DNA from: Leucoraja ocellata
Lineage: Eukaryota
Direction of reading: 5' to 3'
Assembly (NCBI GenBank): GCA_036785375.1
Contig: JAWMAR010000007.1
Location: forward strand, 1,116,001-1,180,000
DNA: 64,000 bases
Within the stretch, counting starts at the first letter, position 1; each line of letters begins with the position of its first letter. This document shows, in pieces, positions 39,233-51,028 of the stretch. A program made the translations under genes and the position numbers. Below the pieces are notes generated by a model that had not been told where the DNA came from, searched no databases, and saw only the letters and a list, made by a program, of their open reading frames with translations.

Positions 39233-39387
39233 CCAAACTAGACTAAACACTGATCATTTTAAATAGTTCACATGCAGGATTTGTTCAAGCTAACCTGATC
39301 TGTATTCCTCTGCATGGCCCAAATTTAGTGCCAAATGTATAAATGTGAATAATCTCACAGGCGAAGAGTCAGTAGGGTGTTGCCTAA

Positions 39388-39770
39388 AGGGCCCGTCACA
39401 CTTTCCCGAGATAATCACAAATTCTCCCGAGTTTTCCTCTTGATTCAAACTTGCAAAATGTTTGTAACAAGCCTGTAGGAGGCTGTAAAATTCTGTAGAT
39501 ATATCGTAGCGGCTCGTTATGCCAGCCGTAGGTACTCGGGGCATCAGGTAAGTCGAGACGTTTTTTTCCAGCCTGATAAAAAATGTCCACGAGTAAAAAA
39601 ATAATCGTGAGGAGAAAAATTGCAACTTACCTGATGCCCCGAGTACCTACGCCTGGCATAACGAGCCGCTACAATATAGCTACGGACTCCTACGGACTCA
39701 TTCTGCGAGTTTGAATTTAGGGGAAAACAAATGAGAATTTATGAATAACTCGGGAAAGTGGTCAGGCCCT
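39388..39770. mobile_element. PIF/Harbinger-type fold-back MITE
   Basis: TAA TSD (39385-39387, 39771-39773); long TIRs agggccc...ttcccgag; internal near-perfect inverted repeat ~39505-39553 vs ~39624-39672. Confidence 0.85.
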
Positions 39771-40079
39771 TAATGATTGAAGTCACCCATGTACACTACC
39801 CTCACTTCATGTTTTTGCATGTAAACATAGAAAATAGGTGCAGGAGGAGGCCATTTGACCCTTCGAGCCTGCAACGTGATGCACATGGAAAATCACTGTC
39901 AAATGTTTCATCGTGTGTGAGGGACACTCTAACCTGTTTTATGTAACTTTTCAACCCAGATATTATTTTAAACAAAGTATATACAATGCTATTAATGCAT
40001 TTAACTGTTATTGTGTTATATTACACTACATGGCATCTTTGGCCCTGTTAATAATGTGTGTTTTTCTTGAACTCTTTAG

Positions 40080-40444
40080 GTTGATGGGAGTGGTATACAC
40101 TATAATATTGATGACGTTACTACTGGAAGTACCAGTACTGAAAACACACAAAGTGTAGAACCATTTGAGGAGAATGTTGGTCAGGGTAATGGCTCCTCGT
40201 CCTCTAAGGACCCTGATGTACCAGCTTTATTGGACACTAACATATGTAGGGCATTTTCGAGTGAATGTCCTGAAGACCAAATTGACAATGCCACAATTCT
40301 CAAAGAAGCTCAGGATAATTTAGTGAAACAAGCTTCCAATTTTTCTTCACTCGATAGTGTTTTCCGCCGATCATTATTGCTGTCTCAGGGCCATGGCTGT
40401 GCCAAAGCAGACAGTCCTTCCACAAGCATTTACATTAAGCAAAG
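40080..40444 (+). CDS. ARHGEF28: ARHGEF28 internal exon (phase 0-2; VDGSGIHYNIDD...SPSTSIYIKQR)
   Basis: Acceptor actctttag|, donor AAAG|gtatgt, 365 nt open, phases match both neighbours. Confidence 0.88.
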
Positions 40445-41714
40445 GTATGTTATATTTTAATGATAGCATTGATGTTAAATATCCAGTTAACAGGTTCTAA
40501 GATCTAATTAAGCCAGCATAATTGAATGTAAATCACTATGAGTAGAATACTTTTCAAGTAAGTATGCTTTAAAGTGCCTGTTCAATAACCAGAAACAACA
40601 TGTTAACAAGCCCTCGGTCCAACATGCCTATGCCGGCCATCAAGTACCTAATATCTTGTACAAGCACTCGGAGCATCTTGGTCGGCATTGACCTGTGGGG
40701 CCGAAGGGCTGTTTATTTTATTTCAGTTTATTGTCATGTGAACAGTGAAAAACTTTGTGTTTTATTGTTGCATGCTAACCAGTCAGTGGAAAGCCAACAT
40801 ATAATTACACTCGGACCGTCCACAGTGTACAGATATATGATAAAGGGACTAATTTTTAGTGCAAGGTAATGTCCTGTAAAGTCCCCTGTATCATGCTGTA
40901 GGATTCAACAACTCCACACTAGGCCCTTTGCTTTCTTTGTCATGTGGTATCACAAAACCAAAACCTAGTGCTCATCCGATATCCTAAGGCAAAGGCATTT
41001 AGTTTTATACTAGACTAAGTGGGACCCGTTGGGTCCCAGCATCACACAGGAGGGCTGGTCATCCAACGCAATATTCCACCTCTCCACCAATTCTAATATT
41101 GGTGGCCAGTTGGCGGGGGGGGGGGGCTTTCTGGAGCGCTAGTATGGGTGTTGTGGGCTAAAGGGACTGGTTTCTAGAGGGCTAGTATGCAAATTGTGCG
41201 CCAAATGGATTCTTGGGCTGGCGTCTCAGCCAATCAAGCCTGTTGTGCTGGCAACTCACTCACGGCTGGTGGGCTGGTAGTTGACACGGCTAATCCTTGA
41301 AATTCTATTTCAAGCAGGATATAAGGCCACACAATTCAAGTGCAGTTTCTTACCACTTCTAGCGGGGTGCAAGGCCACAAAATTCAAGTGCAGTTTCATA
41401 CCATTTGAAGTAGGGTGCAAAGCCACTAAAGACAGCGAGTCGTGACCTCTCCCTCCTCCATCTTGCAGAGACTGAGCCACACCCACATTTCCGGGTTTTA
41501 TAACCCCTCCCACCCCACCGGAAAAGGTGTGGCTTTCATGGAGTGATTGACAGGAGAGAGATTCTCAACATTTAACTAATAACACTTATTTTTCATTGAT
41601 GGGAAGAATTCTCTGCACCTGCTCAGCAGAGGGGGACTGAATAAGATGGCCAAAAATCACAGCGGCAAGTGGTAGCGTTTTATCTAAAATCAATATACAG
41701 TACAAACAGGAAGT

Positions 41715-42205
41715 GCATTTACAGTAGTGCCTTTTAACTTCAAGCCAAAGCACCCAAGCCACCATTTGCAGTAAGTAGTGCCTTTCAACTTCAAAGCTCC
41801 CAAGCCACCATTTGCAGTAAGTGGTGCCTTTCAACTTCAAGCCAATGCACCCACGTCCCCATTTGCAGTAAGTAATGCATTTTAACTTCAAGCCATTGCA
41901 CCTAAGCCACCATCTGCAGTAAGAAGTGCCTTTCAACTTCAAGCCACACCCAAGCCACCATTTGCAGTAAGTAGCGCCTTTCATCTTCATGCCACCATTT
42001 GCAGTAAGTAATGCCTTTCAACTTCATGCCACCATTTGCAGTAATGCCTTTCAACTTCAAGCCAATGCACCCACGCCCCCCATTTGCAGTAAGTAGTGCC
42101 TTTCAACTTCATGCCACCATTTGCAGTAAGTGGTGTCTTTCGACTTCAAGCCACACCCAAGCCACCATTTGCAGTAAGTAGTGCCTTTCAACTGCAAGCC
42201 AAAGC
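41715..42205. repeat. Variable ~34-47-bp minisatellite (gccaccatttgcagtaagtagtgcctttcaacttca..)
   Basis: About 11 visible units inside the Helitron. Confidence 0.9.
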
Positions 42206-42480
42206 AACCAATGGACAATTTTTTGCAAGCTTTAGAACCAATAGACATTTTTTGCAAGCTTTAGAACCAATAGAGACACTTTTTGCAAGCTTCAGAACCA
42301 ATAGACATTTTTTGCAAGCTTTAGAACCAATGGACATTTTTTTGCAAGCTTTAGAACCAATGGACATTTTTTTGCAAACTTTAGAACCAATGGACATTTT
42401 TTTGCAAGCTTTAGAACCAATAGACACATTCTGCAAGCATTAGAACCAATAGACACATTCTGCAAGCATTTTAGAACCAC
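42206..42480. repeat. ~30-bp minisatellite (tttttgcaagctttagaaccaatagacat)
   Basis: About 9 units inside the Helitron. Confidence 0.9.
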
Positions 42481-43003
42481 TAAGGGCACTTACATTTGAG
42501 TAAACATGTGTTCTGTGTTATTCACAGCTCAGAGAAACGTGACCCTCTGACTTCCTCCATCTTGCAGACACTGATTGAGGCACACTACTTCCTGGTTTTA
42601 TAGTCCCTCCCCCCTGCTGCCAGCGGGGGCTGCAGAGAGAATGGGAATTTTGTAAAAACATTAATATCTCTGTCATTTTTAATTGATGGGAAAAATCCTC
42701 GGCACACATGCGGCGGAGGGGGGCTCTGAGCGAGGTGGCCAAAAATGACGGCCATAGGTGGCAACGTTCTCTCGGAATTCGCAGCACAGATCACCAAAAC
42801 TGGTCAAGAACAGAGTTTTAGTAATATAGAAGATAGATAGATAACTTTGCTATGGACAATACAATTTTTTAAATGTCCCTGTTTATTCCACTAATAATTT
42901 TTCATACCTCTATTAGCTTTCACCTCAGCCTTCTCCACTCCAAAGAAAATAAACCAAGTCTCTCATAACTGAAACACTTCATACTCTGCAATATCCTTGT
43001 GAA

Positions 43004-43210
43004 GATAGACACAACATGCTGGAGTAACTCAGCAGGACAGGCAGCATCTCTGGAGAGAAAGAATAGGTGACGTTTCGGGTCGAGACTGACATCCTGAAGA
43101 AGGGTCTCGAACAGAAACGTCACCCATTCCTTCTCTCCAGAGATGCTGCCTGTCTCGCTGAATTACTGCAGCATTTTCTGTCTATCTTTGGTTTAAACTG
43201 GCTTCTTACA
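43004..43210. mobile_element. Fold-back mini-Penelope with 15-bp TSD
   Basis: caatatccttgtgaa at 42989-43003 and 43211-43225; two inverted termini meeting at the hammerhead region. Confidence 0.8.
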
Positions 43211-44199
43211 CAATATCCTTGTGAATCTCTTCAGCACTCTCTTTAATGCAATCACATCCTTACCAAATGTGATGACCAGAATGATACACAATACTTGAAT
43301 TGTGGACTAACCAATGTTTTATAAAGTTAAACTGTAACTTGCTCTTCTGTTCACTACCCTAGTTTATGAAGGTAAATATCCCACCTATCTTCTTCACCAC
43401 CTTGTGAACATGCGCTGTCATCTTCAGGGCCCCTTCGACTTGTACACTGAAATCCTGATCTTATTATTCCTTACAAAGTTCATCAACCTCACACTTAGCA
43501 TGATTACATTTCATCTGCCATTGCTCTGCCCACCTTACCAACTGGTTAATAACATCCTGCAGTCTACGACTTCCTTTGGTGAACACCTATTTCCTTCTGA
43601 TTATTTATCTCAGCTATTAAAGAAACAATGAAATAAAGTGCTTTTTGCCTACAGGGTGTTAGGTGAGCTGTGCCATGTGTTAACTGTGTCAGTCTGGGCA
43701 TGGGTCTTGCTTGTCATCCTGCAGCTTGAATTGAAATGGTGGAGAGAGAACTGGTAAAGAATTTGCTTTTGGCCTGATCACTGAAGAAATGGTGATATTG
43801 CACTTGTAAGATTGGAAAGCAATTTGCCTTGAACATGAATTCCTTCATGACGCATGGAGGGCATTTGAATATTTGTCTAAAACATTCTTATCTTCTGGCT
43901 TTGAAGAATTTAACTAATATTACTTTTCCAGGAAACAACCTTTTCCTGATATTAGATGGTGTAATGTACTTAAGGCATGCTTGGAATTCTAAATCTGACA
44001 ATACGGTCATAGTTCATTTGCCAGTAGTTAGTTAGTGAAGCTTTAGCACAGCTGCATAGTGTACTTTAGCTCCCAAAGCATGTCTGGAATTTGAAGTTCA
44101 ATGCCTGTTTCACGTTTGAGTCAACAAAATTATTCTCTAGAAACAATTGTTCCTTGAACCTTTCTACATGTGATTGCCATTCACTAATCCAAAATACTA

Positions 44200-44519
44200 C
44201 ATGACGTCAACATTTACTTTTATATATCCTCTAACACCAACGGTAGAGTTGCTGCCTTACAGCCAATGCAGCGCCGGAGACCTGGGTTTGATCCCGATTA
44301 CGGGTGCTGTCTGTACGGAGTTTATACGTTCACCTGCGTGGGCTTTCTCCGAGAACTTTAATTTCCTCCCACACTCCAAAGATGTGCAGGTTTGTAGGTT
44401 AATTGGCTTGGTAAATGTAAAAATTGTCCCTAGTGGGTGTAGGATAGTGGGCGGGGATTGCTGGTCGGCTCGGACCCAGTGGGCCTGTTTCCACGCTGTA
44501 TCTCTAAACAAAACTAAAC
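44200..44519 (+). mobile_element. HE1-type V-SINE
   Basis: cggtagagttgctgccttacagc...V-domain...ctgtatctctaaac. Confidence 0.85.
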
Positions 44520-46325
44520 CAACCACTTGTTCTTCAAAAGATCAATTTTTAAAAATGTTTAAATCTATTTATCAAAGTTTCTAAAGATCAGGAAACACAA
44601 AATCAATGAACATTATCATTAACTGAGGGGGAGGATGAGAGGTTTCAGTACACTATGGTAGCAAATTTAATAGATTGGATAGCAGTAGGAATAAGAGGAT
44701 AGTTGTAATCTTAAGCACAAATTAACCCAACTCTGCTTCATGATAAAATGTTCAATATTTTTGCCAGAGCCTATTACATTGAAGGAAAAAAATTAACTTG
44801 TCTCTTCAATATTGGGTTTAATGGATGTTAACAACTAAAAGTGAACCGTCTCATCCTTCAAATTCGAGCAGGTCAGCATCAATTAGATTAACTTATTTGA
44901 CTAATGATTTATTGTTTTCACATCCAATTTTCTAGACAAATTTTATAATTGGTGAATTCCTGCCATTAATCAACTCTGTGGTCACAAAAATATTCTGAAT
45001 ACCACAATCTAAACCAGTCATGCATGTGCATACTTCAAAAGGCAGAATTGCAGGGAAGAACATATTTCTGCTAAGGGACAGAATTAATTTGTACATGCTA
45101 TACTAATATGTACCCAGCATATTCTCATGATATTTCCACTCATTCAGTTGTTTTTTTTTCCCCAAAGGGTTTTGCTTTTAACTAATAAAATATTTGAAGC
45201 CTGCAGCAAGGTTTCCCACCTTAGCCGTAATTCAACGAGTATCCATTTTCTTAACATGCACCTGTATCACCTCATTCACAACTGCCTGTTCAACCAGTGC
45301 AAATCATTTTAATCCATCTACAGTACTTGTTTGTTTGCTTCTATGCCCGTCTCATTCCCTTTCTTTTTATTTTCCTGTGACCTTGGAACTTATTCTCTCC
45401 CACATATGCATCATATTGCCATTTGCCTATACGGGGGTGATTTACAGTAGCCGATTAACTTACCAGCATCCATAGGACTTGGATGGAAACTGGAGCATCC
45501 CAAGACAAACAGCACCTGAGGTCAGAATTGAACCCAGGTCGCTGAAGTGGTGATCAACAGCACAAACCATTGGCTGCATCTACATTCACACTGCCTCGAA
45601 ACAGCAGCCAACATAATCACAGGCATGTCCCAACCCAGTCATTCCCTCTTCCCCCTACTCCCACCCGGCAGAAGGTGCAGAAGTTTGAAAGCATGTACCA
45701 CCAGGCTCTGGACACTGAAATATTTATTTCCTCTTAATGGCTATACTGTAATCAGCTTTTCCAATGTGCCTGTGCTGACTTTTATCTTAAATCATCGAAA
45801 TGAGCTTTTGTTTTCCATTGCCCTTTTATAGTTTCTTAAATCTGTTTCCATAATTGTCTTAAACAGATTTACAATCTGGGAGGATATTGATTTTGGATTG
45901 CTATCAAAAATATGAGTGTGCAATTAATTGTTTTTTAGTGAAAGGATGGGAGTTAGCAGAAAGAAATGAAGGATACACAAAGATCAGGGTCGAGGAAAAT
46001 GTGATTGTGAGATTGGAATTTGATACATTTGTGTAAATGGGTAACTGATGTCTTTGCGGAAGCAGTAGGCCAAAGAGACTTGCTTTGTGCTGCATGACAT
46101 TTACACACATATTCTAATAAAAATCACATTACCTCTGACATCCGGAGAGGAGAAGGAAAATAAATTGCTAAATGCAGGAATGAAAACACATTTGTTTCTA
46201 TATGCAGACTTACATTTTCCTTAGTAAGTTTGTGGACAGCTGTTTTTACAGGTTTTACTTGTAGAAGCTGTGAGACTTTGCAATCGTTTGCTAGAAAATG
46301 ACCTTAACCCCATCTCTACAATTTA

Positions 46326-46802
46326 GGAAGATAGACACAAAATGCTGGAGGAACTCAGGGGGACAGACAGCATCCCTGGGTGACATTTCAGGTTGAGATC
46401 CTTCTTCAGACAGAGTCTGGGAAGATGGAAACTAGAGATATGGAAGTGGAAGGTGTGAAATGACAGATCAAAGCAGATGATGATCAAGGAAAATATAGAA
46501 TGGTTCATTATTAGCTGAGGGGAAGTTGATAACGAGGCATACAATGAGTAAAATTAATCAGGAGGGCAGTGAAACTAGTCAGAGAACTAAGGTACACAAA
46601 AATGTTGGAGAAACTCAGCGGGTGCAGCAGCATCGATGGAGCGAAGGAAATAGGCAACGTTTCGGGCCGAAACCCTTCTTCCGTCAGAGAACTAGGTGGA
46701 TGGAGAGAGGGAAAGCAAGGGTTACTTGAAGTTAGGTAAGTCAATATTCATACCATTGGGTTGTAAGTTGCCCAATGGATTATATGGAGCTGTTCCTCCA
46801 AA
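46326..46802 (-). mobile_element. Penelope-like 3' region with a nested mini-Penelope (~46590-46682, TSD gtcagagaacta)
   Basis: Same terminus and 3' UTR as 56965-57497; reaches into the endonuclease C-terminus. Confidence 0.7.
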
Positions 46803-47116
46803 TCGCTACAATACGAGCACCAGTCCTGATTTGGATGCCTGGATAGATCTGATCGACCAGCAAGCAGTGGTGAATGTCTGTTATGGTCGAACTAATTGCA
46901 GAGCATTTGGAAATCAGTGCCTGAATTAGACAACGTCAGCATGGATTTACATAAGGGAAATTGTGCTCGACAGATTTATGCTGCTTGCATATAAACTATC
47001 TGCAACATTTCAGGGACAAATACACTTTTATTTGCTTGCAGGCATATTGGTGACTGCCAGATTGCGGGATTGTGCAAGACATGGCAGACAGTGGTGAAGC
47101 CTTTCCATCTGCCATC

Positions 47117-47452
47117 ACAGTGGCACAGCGGTAGAGTTGCTGCTGCCTTACAGCGCCAGAGACTCAGGTTAGATCCTGACGAAGGGTGCCGTCTGAATGG
47201 AGTTTGTACGTTCTCCCTGTGACCGCATGGGTTTTCTCTAGGTCCTCCGGTTTCCTCCCTCATTCCAAAGACGTACAAATATGCAGGTTAATAGGCTTTG
47301 GTAAAATTGGAAATTGTACCAAGTCTGTGTAGGATAGTGCTAGTGTGCGGGTTGATGGCTGGTGATGGTGGTTGATGGCTGGTGATGGTGATGGTGGTTG
47401 ATGGCTGGTGATGGCGGGCTGAAGGGCCTGTTTCTGTGCTGTATCTCTAAAT
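47117..47452 (+). mobile_element. HE1-type V-SINE with internal tandem expansion (~47350-47415)
   Basis: A/B boxes, V-domain; (ggttgatggctggtgatggt)x3. Confidence 0.8.
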
Positions 47453-47559
47453 CTGTTTGGTATGTAGTTTAAGGAGACAAATAGTGTTTTGAATTACTTA
47501 TCCTATACTTTTCATGCTTTTGCTGTTGCTGTACTCAGCTGCTGTGCTTGGAGAGTGCT

Positions 47560-47930
47560 CTGGTAAGGTGGTTGTTGGAGAGGGCTCTGGTGCGGTGATG
47601 TTGGAGAGTGTATGGTATAGTGCTTGTCAGAGAGTACACTGGTACAAACAATCAAGGGAACAGAACTTAGCCACAGTTTCTCATATTCCAGACTGGTGCT
47701 GCCTTTGCAAAATATCCGGACTCCTCCAGGATAGCAGAGTCCGGGAACATCTCGAGGAAATTTTTCTCGTAATCCACAAGACACTGAACTTTGAGGGAAT
47801 AGAAACCTTTCTTGATGCAGTGGCCCAGGTGCTTTGTGGGTGTTATTGTTGGCACGTGGGCATGATCTTTGATTGCCTGTTTTCATGAGGAGCCAGTATT
47901 GCTGGAAAAAGCCACTGGTCAAGAAGCCGC
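47560..47930 (-). pseudogene. Harbinger/HARBI1-like DDE transposase fossil
   Basis: Across frames: AIKDHAHVPTITP...KKGFYSLKVQCLVDY...DSAILEES...VLSDKHY, resembling GAIDGTH / NRKGFYS.NVQ..VD / HDS.IL..S / LGD..Y. Confidence 0.6.
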
Positions 47931-48162
47931 TTGTATTGTCCAGTGATCAATGCAGATGACATTATTCCACAATTAATGCAGTGCCTGTGTGACCAGTAGT
48001 GAAAAGCTGAAGAGAAATTGACTGCAAATTTTGCTATGACTACTTAAAAAAAGAATTCTGCTGCAAGCTAGCTAAGGGTCAACCTGACCTTGACCTCTAT
48101 GAAGAGAACAGCACAGGAACAAGCAGATGCCCCAAGATCTTCCTGCAAGCATTTCATACATC

Positions 48163-48468
48163 TTAGTTTAGTTTAGTTTGGAGGTACAGCACCTTCGGCC
48201 CACTGGGTCCGCGCTGACCAGCGATCCCCGCACATTAACACTGTCCTACACCCACTAGGGACAATTTTTACATTTACCAAACCAATTAACACACAAACCT
48301 GTACCTCTTTGGAGTGTGGGAGGAAACCGAAGATCTCAGAGAAAACCCACGCAGGTCAGGGGGAGAATGTACAGACTCCGTACAGACAGCACCTGTAACC
48401 GGGATTGAACCTGGGTCTCCGGCGCTGCTTTTGCTGTAAGGCAGCAACTCCACCGCTGTGCCACCGTG
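48163..48468 (-). mobile_element. HE1-type V-SINE
   Basis: Full head-to-tail copy on the minus strand. Confidence 0.85.
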
Positions 48469-48571
48469 ACTGCCTTGGAGGATCTGAGCCTGAGAATGCA
48501 TTGAGCATTAAGGAGCTGCATGTACTAACACAACGTTTAAGAAACATTTAGACAGGTACATGAATAGGACA

Positions 48572-48788
48572 CACAAAAAGGCTGGAGAAACTCAGCGGGT
48601 GCAGCAGCATCTATGGAGCGAAGGAAATAGGCAACGTTTCGGGCCGAAACCCTTCTTCAGACCCGAAACGTTTCGGCCCGAAACGTTGCCTATTTCCTTC
48701 GCTCCATAGATGCTGCTGCACCCGCTGAGTTTCTCCAGCCTTTTTGTGTAACCTTCGATTCTCCAGCATCTGCAGTTCCCTCTTAAAC
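48572..48788. mobile_element. Young fold-back mini-Penelope with 14-bp TSD inside a CR1 tail
   Basis: acatgaataggaca at 48558-48571 and 48789-48802; near-perfect inverted arms. Confidence 0.85.
48629..48664 (-). ncRNA. Minimal type I hammerhead ribozyme motif (Penelope-associated)
   Basis: Minus strand GGGU-CUGAAGA-A-GGGU UUCG GCCC-GAA-ACGU-U-GCCU: intact core, stem II, palindromic ACGU helix III and a 4-bp stem I. Confidence 0.7.
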
Positions 48789-49475
48789 ACATGAATAGGA
48801 CAGGTTTGGAGGGATATGGGCCAAATGTGGGCAGGTGGGACTAGTGTAGCTGGGACATGTCGGTCGGTGTGGGCAAGTTTGGCCGAAGAGCCTGTTTCTA
48901 CGGTGTGTGACCATGACTATCTAGCTTAGGTTGGTGACTCTGAAAACACCCTGGGAGAAAACCCTTTGTTATGGGGTATGTTTGCCTCACAGACCCACAC
49001 TGAGAGTCGAGCTGTGGTCTTAACCATACCTCCTGCAATCATGTGTCACTGCTTAAACATCCAGTGCATCCACATCCCAACAGCTAAATGCTGGAGAAAG
49101 CACGCCGTGTTAGTTGAAGCACACATTGTGGGCTTTGAAAGGTATCTGAGCAACAGGCAGTGACTTTTAAGAGTGCCCAGCCAATGTTAATGAAGGTAAA
49201 TAGCAATAAAAGCAACAAGCTAGTGCAATGTATTCCTGGTTCTACATGTGGTACAGTGCATGTGGTGTGGATCTTTGAGCTACAATTTATGTTGGTATGG
49301 GTGAAATACTTAAGGGGCATTCTTTTAAAAAGGAGGTGAGGAGGAACTTCTTTAGCCAGAGGATAGTTAATCTGTCGAACTCGTTGCCACAGAGTGCTGT
49401 GTAGGCCATGTGAGTGGATATTTTTAAGGCAGAGATAGGCAAATTCTTGGGTGTCAGGGATTATGGGGATACATA

Positions 49476-50427
49476 GAAACACCAATGTACTTCCTTAAAA
49501 CAGAGAAAAAAACCACTTCTCACTTCCACGTAACAGAGATGTCATCAATATAAGACGCTGCAATGATTATCCCCAGCAAACTTAGAACGTGAATACCAAC
49601 TCATTACAATAACTGATAGCTTAATGCAGACCATATTACTTGCAAGTCTCATTGGAAGTCCTACCACAATTTTCAATGTTTAACAGCTGCAAGAGAGAAA
49701 TTACTTCTTGGTAAATTAAAATTAACTGATATACAAAAATGACGGTCGAAAAGGTTGTGAAGCATGCACAAAATTGCAAGATTTGAATTGTCAAACTATT
49801 GGTAAGTTTAGACTAAAGTTCTAGTGGCGTGGTTAGACTGAAATTTATAGATTAATTTACAGAAGGCTGTGGAGGCCAAGTCAGTGGATATTTTTTAAGG
49901 CAGAGATAGATAGACTCTTGATTAATATGGGTGTCAGAGGCTATGGGGAGAAGGCAGGAGAATGGGGTTCGGAAGAAGAGATAGATCAGCCATGATTGAA
50001 AGGCAGAGTAGATTTGATGGGTGGAATGGCCACATTCTACTCCTATCCCTTATGACCTTATAGATAACTACCATATGTAATTGTGGGTTCGCGCTAACAA
50101 ATTCCCTTTAGGATTCTTCCTGGATGCCAAGAAGTTCAATATATTAAACTTTATTAACCCCAGAAGTTTGATTGCACATTTTTCATCCCCCGAGTAGTTT
50201 TTGTATCAAGCAAAATAGTCCATTGCTGGCTGTGTGAGCTATACATGTGCCATTGGGGTTATGAACGCGGAAACATAGAAAATATGTGCAGGTGTAGGCC
50301 ATTCTGCCCATCGAGCCATCACCGCCATTCAATATGATCATGGCTGATCATCCAAAATCAGTACCCCGTTCCGGCTTTTCCCCCATATCCCTTGATTCCC
50401 ATGGCTCTAAAAGCTAAATCTCTCTTG
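49476..50427 (+). repeat. Left arm of ~0.9-kb inverted duplication (partner 62806-63713)
   Basis: Unique sequence and embedded CR1 tails are collinear in reverse complement. Confidence 0.9.
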
Positions 50428-50620
50428 AAAGAGAGGCGGGAAAATGAGAGTAGGAGGCAGCGATTAGCAATGATTGAATAGCAGAGTGGACGATTAGGTC
50501 GAATGGCCTTATTCTACTCCTCTAATTTGTGAACTTGTGAAAGCTGGTATTCCATGAATAACGATATCATTAGGTGCACGTCTGATGCTGAAACAACAGT
50601 CAGGTGCATTAAAGTGCATG

Positions 50621-51028
50621 TGGGCGGCACAGTGGCGCAGTGGTAGAGTTGCTGCCTTACAGCGCTTGCAGCGCCGGACACCCAGGTTTGATCCAGATTA
50701 CGGGTGCTGTCTGTACAGACTTTGTACGTCCTCCACGTGACCACATGGGTTTTCTCTTCAGTTTCCTCCCACGCCCTTTGGCCCATTTTGACCATGCTGA
50801 CCAACGATCACCAGTACACACCATAGTTCTATCCTACACACAAGGGACAATTTACAACAGGCAATTAACCTGCAAAACCGCACGTCTTTGAAGCATGGGA
50901 GGAAAGTGGAGCACTCAGAGAAAACAGGGAGAGCGTACAAACTCCATACAGACAGCAACTGTAGTCAGGATCAAACCTGGGTCTCTGTTGCTGTAAGGCA
51001 GCAACTTTACTGCTGCGCCACCGTGCCA
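50621..51028. mobile_element. Two HE1 SINEs tail-to-tail (+ ~50621-50770; - ~50775-51028)
   Basis: Outer heads ggcacagtggcgcagtggtagagttgctgccttacagc and its reverse complement. Confidence 0.8.

Larger units (their letters stand above)
41010..42841 (-). mobile_element. Non-autonomous Helitron (composite, minisatellite-laden)
   Basis: Minus strand begins TCTATCTATCTTCTATATTACTAAAA and ends with hairpin TGGGACCC-aac-GGGTCCCA followed by ctta gtCTAG; A|T target, no TSD. Confidence 0.85.

Noticed and set aside
41586-42489. Cys/Lys/Trp-repeat proteins or a CRISPR-like array
   Set aside because: Head-to-tail minisatellites without unique spacers, inside a Helitron in a vertebrate genome.
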